A stretch of DNA of 25,938 nucleotides from Planctomycetota bacterium (lineage in GTDB: Bacteria; Planctomycetota; UBA11346). The position numbers and the translations under genes were made by a program. Position 1 is the stretch's first letter. The number at the start of each line of letters is the position of its first letter. A model generated the notes under the pieces. It was not told the origin of the DNA. It saw only the letters and a program-made list of their open reading frames with translations, and made no database searches. Shown one piece after another: positions 25,088 through 25,938 of this stretch. The DNA is taken from assembly GCA_038213805.1 (NCBI GenBank), contig JBBQSO010000075.1, forward strand, positions 1-25,938, read 5' to 3'.

Positions 25088-25810
25088 ATGCCCATCCCTC
25101 TCACGCCGCCCAGCGGACGCGCGTTCCAGACCAAGCAGGCGATGGTCTACCACACCCTGCGCGAGGCGATCGTGCAGGCGCGTCTGCAGCCCGGGGAACG
25201 GCTGGTCATCGACGACCTGGCGGCGCAGCTGGCGGTGAGCTCGATCCCGGTGCGCGAGGCGCTGCAGCTGCTGCAGGCGGAGCGTCTGGTCGAACAGAAG
25301 CCGCACGTCGGCGCGGTGGTCGCCGCCATCACCCCCGACTCGGCGCGCGAGATCTTCGCCCTGCTCGAGTGCCTTGAGCAGGCGGTATTCCGCGGCGCCA
25401 TCGAGCATGCCACGCTAGGCGATCTGACCACGCTGACCGCCCTGGTCGAGCGCATGGCCGGCGCCGCCAACGATGGCCGCTGGCTGGAACTGAACCGGCG
25501 CTTCCACCGCACCATCGCCGAGATCGCGCGCATGCCGCGCGCCCTCGACATGCTCGACCGCGTCTGCGATGACTGGGAACGCCTACGCCGCCACCGCTTC
25601 CGCGACGTCGGCCACCCCGACACCAGCGCCGCCGAGCGTGAGCACCGCGCCATGATCACCGCGCTCGCTGAGCGTTCGGCCCCACGCCTCGAGGCGCTGG
25701 TTCGCCAGCACAACCGCGCGGCGCTGGCGTTCTACCTGGAGGCGGCGCCGACGGCGCCGATCGAGAAGGCCAAGGGCGCGACGCGCACGGCGAAGCGCAA
25801 GGGCGCGTAG
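25088..25810 (+). CDS. GntR-family (FadR/FCD subfamily) transcriptional regulator, 240 aa
   Basis: wHTH LQPGERL...LAAQLAVSSIPVREAL and FCD motifs LNRRFH...EHRAMITAL...H. The start is re-called at ATG 25088. Confidence 0.92.
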   Translation: MPIPLTPPSGRAFQTKQAMVYHTLREAIVQARLQPGERLVIDDLAAQLAVSSIPVREALQLLQAERLVEQKPHVGAVVAAITPDSAREIFALLECLEQAVFRGAIEHATLGDLTTLTALVERMAGAANDGRWLELNRRFHRTIAEIARMPRALDMLDRVCDDWERLRRHRFRDVGHPDTSAAEREHRAMITALAERSAPRLEALVRQHNRAALAFYLEAAPTAPIEKAKGATRTAKRKGA

Positions 25811-25817
25811 GAGCGCT

Positions 25818-25937
25818 TCAGATCTCCTCCCACGTGATCATCAGTTCGTGCTCGCGCCATTCCCACGGCGGCACGAGGCAGGTCGTCGACGTGCCATGAA
25901 AGGACGGGTGGCGGTCAGGCGGCGATTCGCCGTCGGG
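25818..25937 (-). CDS. 3' end of a convergent gene running off the window (partial)
   Basis: Open minus-strand frame PDGESPPDRHPSFHGTSTTCLVPPWEWREHELMITWEEI* with GC-rich third positions. The stop is 7 bp from the gntR stop. Confidence 0.45.
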   Translation of the reverse strand, partial: PDGESPPDRHPSFHGTSTTCLVPPWEWREHELMITWEEI

Positions 25938-25938
25938 G

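Noticed and set aside
25870..25880. GGCACGAGGCA echo of the heptamer repeat
   Set aside because: It is only about 1.5 units inside a probable CDS and is compatible with chance.

Overview
High-GC bacterial window (roughly 70% GC by eye); the gene families suggest a Planctomycetota/PVC or deltaproteobacterial host, but that is inference. The left half is dominated by DNA-damage genes. ada-alkA (alkylation repair) is divergent from a secreted esterase across an intergenic region with an (AGGCACG)11 microsatellite. A divergent SRAP peptidase / DnaE2-like polymerase pair follows, with no imuA/imuB alongside. Between the two modules is a lower-GC accessory patch (~3.66-8.05 kb). In it a SAM methyltransferase is bracketed by two 96-bp, internally palindromic direct repeats whose outer arms form a 19/20 inverted repeat, with a 5'-truncated SnoaL-like gene fragment just outside. 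The right half has a small coiled-coil protein, an HscC-type Hsp70 with an abutting RPD-type polytopic J-domain protein, a secreted GH-like protein, two coupled histidine kinases, a secreted hypothetical protein and a GntR regulator. I saw no rRNA, tRNA, CRISPR array, transposase or integrase. All family assignments come from motif recognition by eye; no searches were run.
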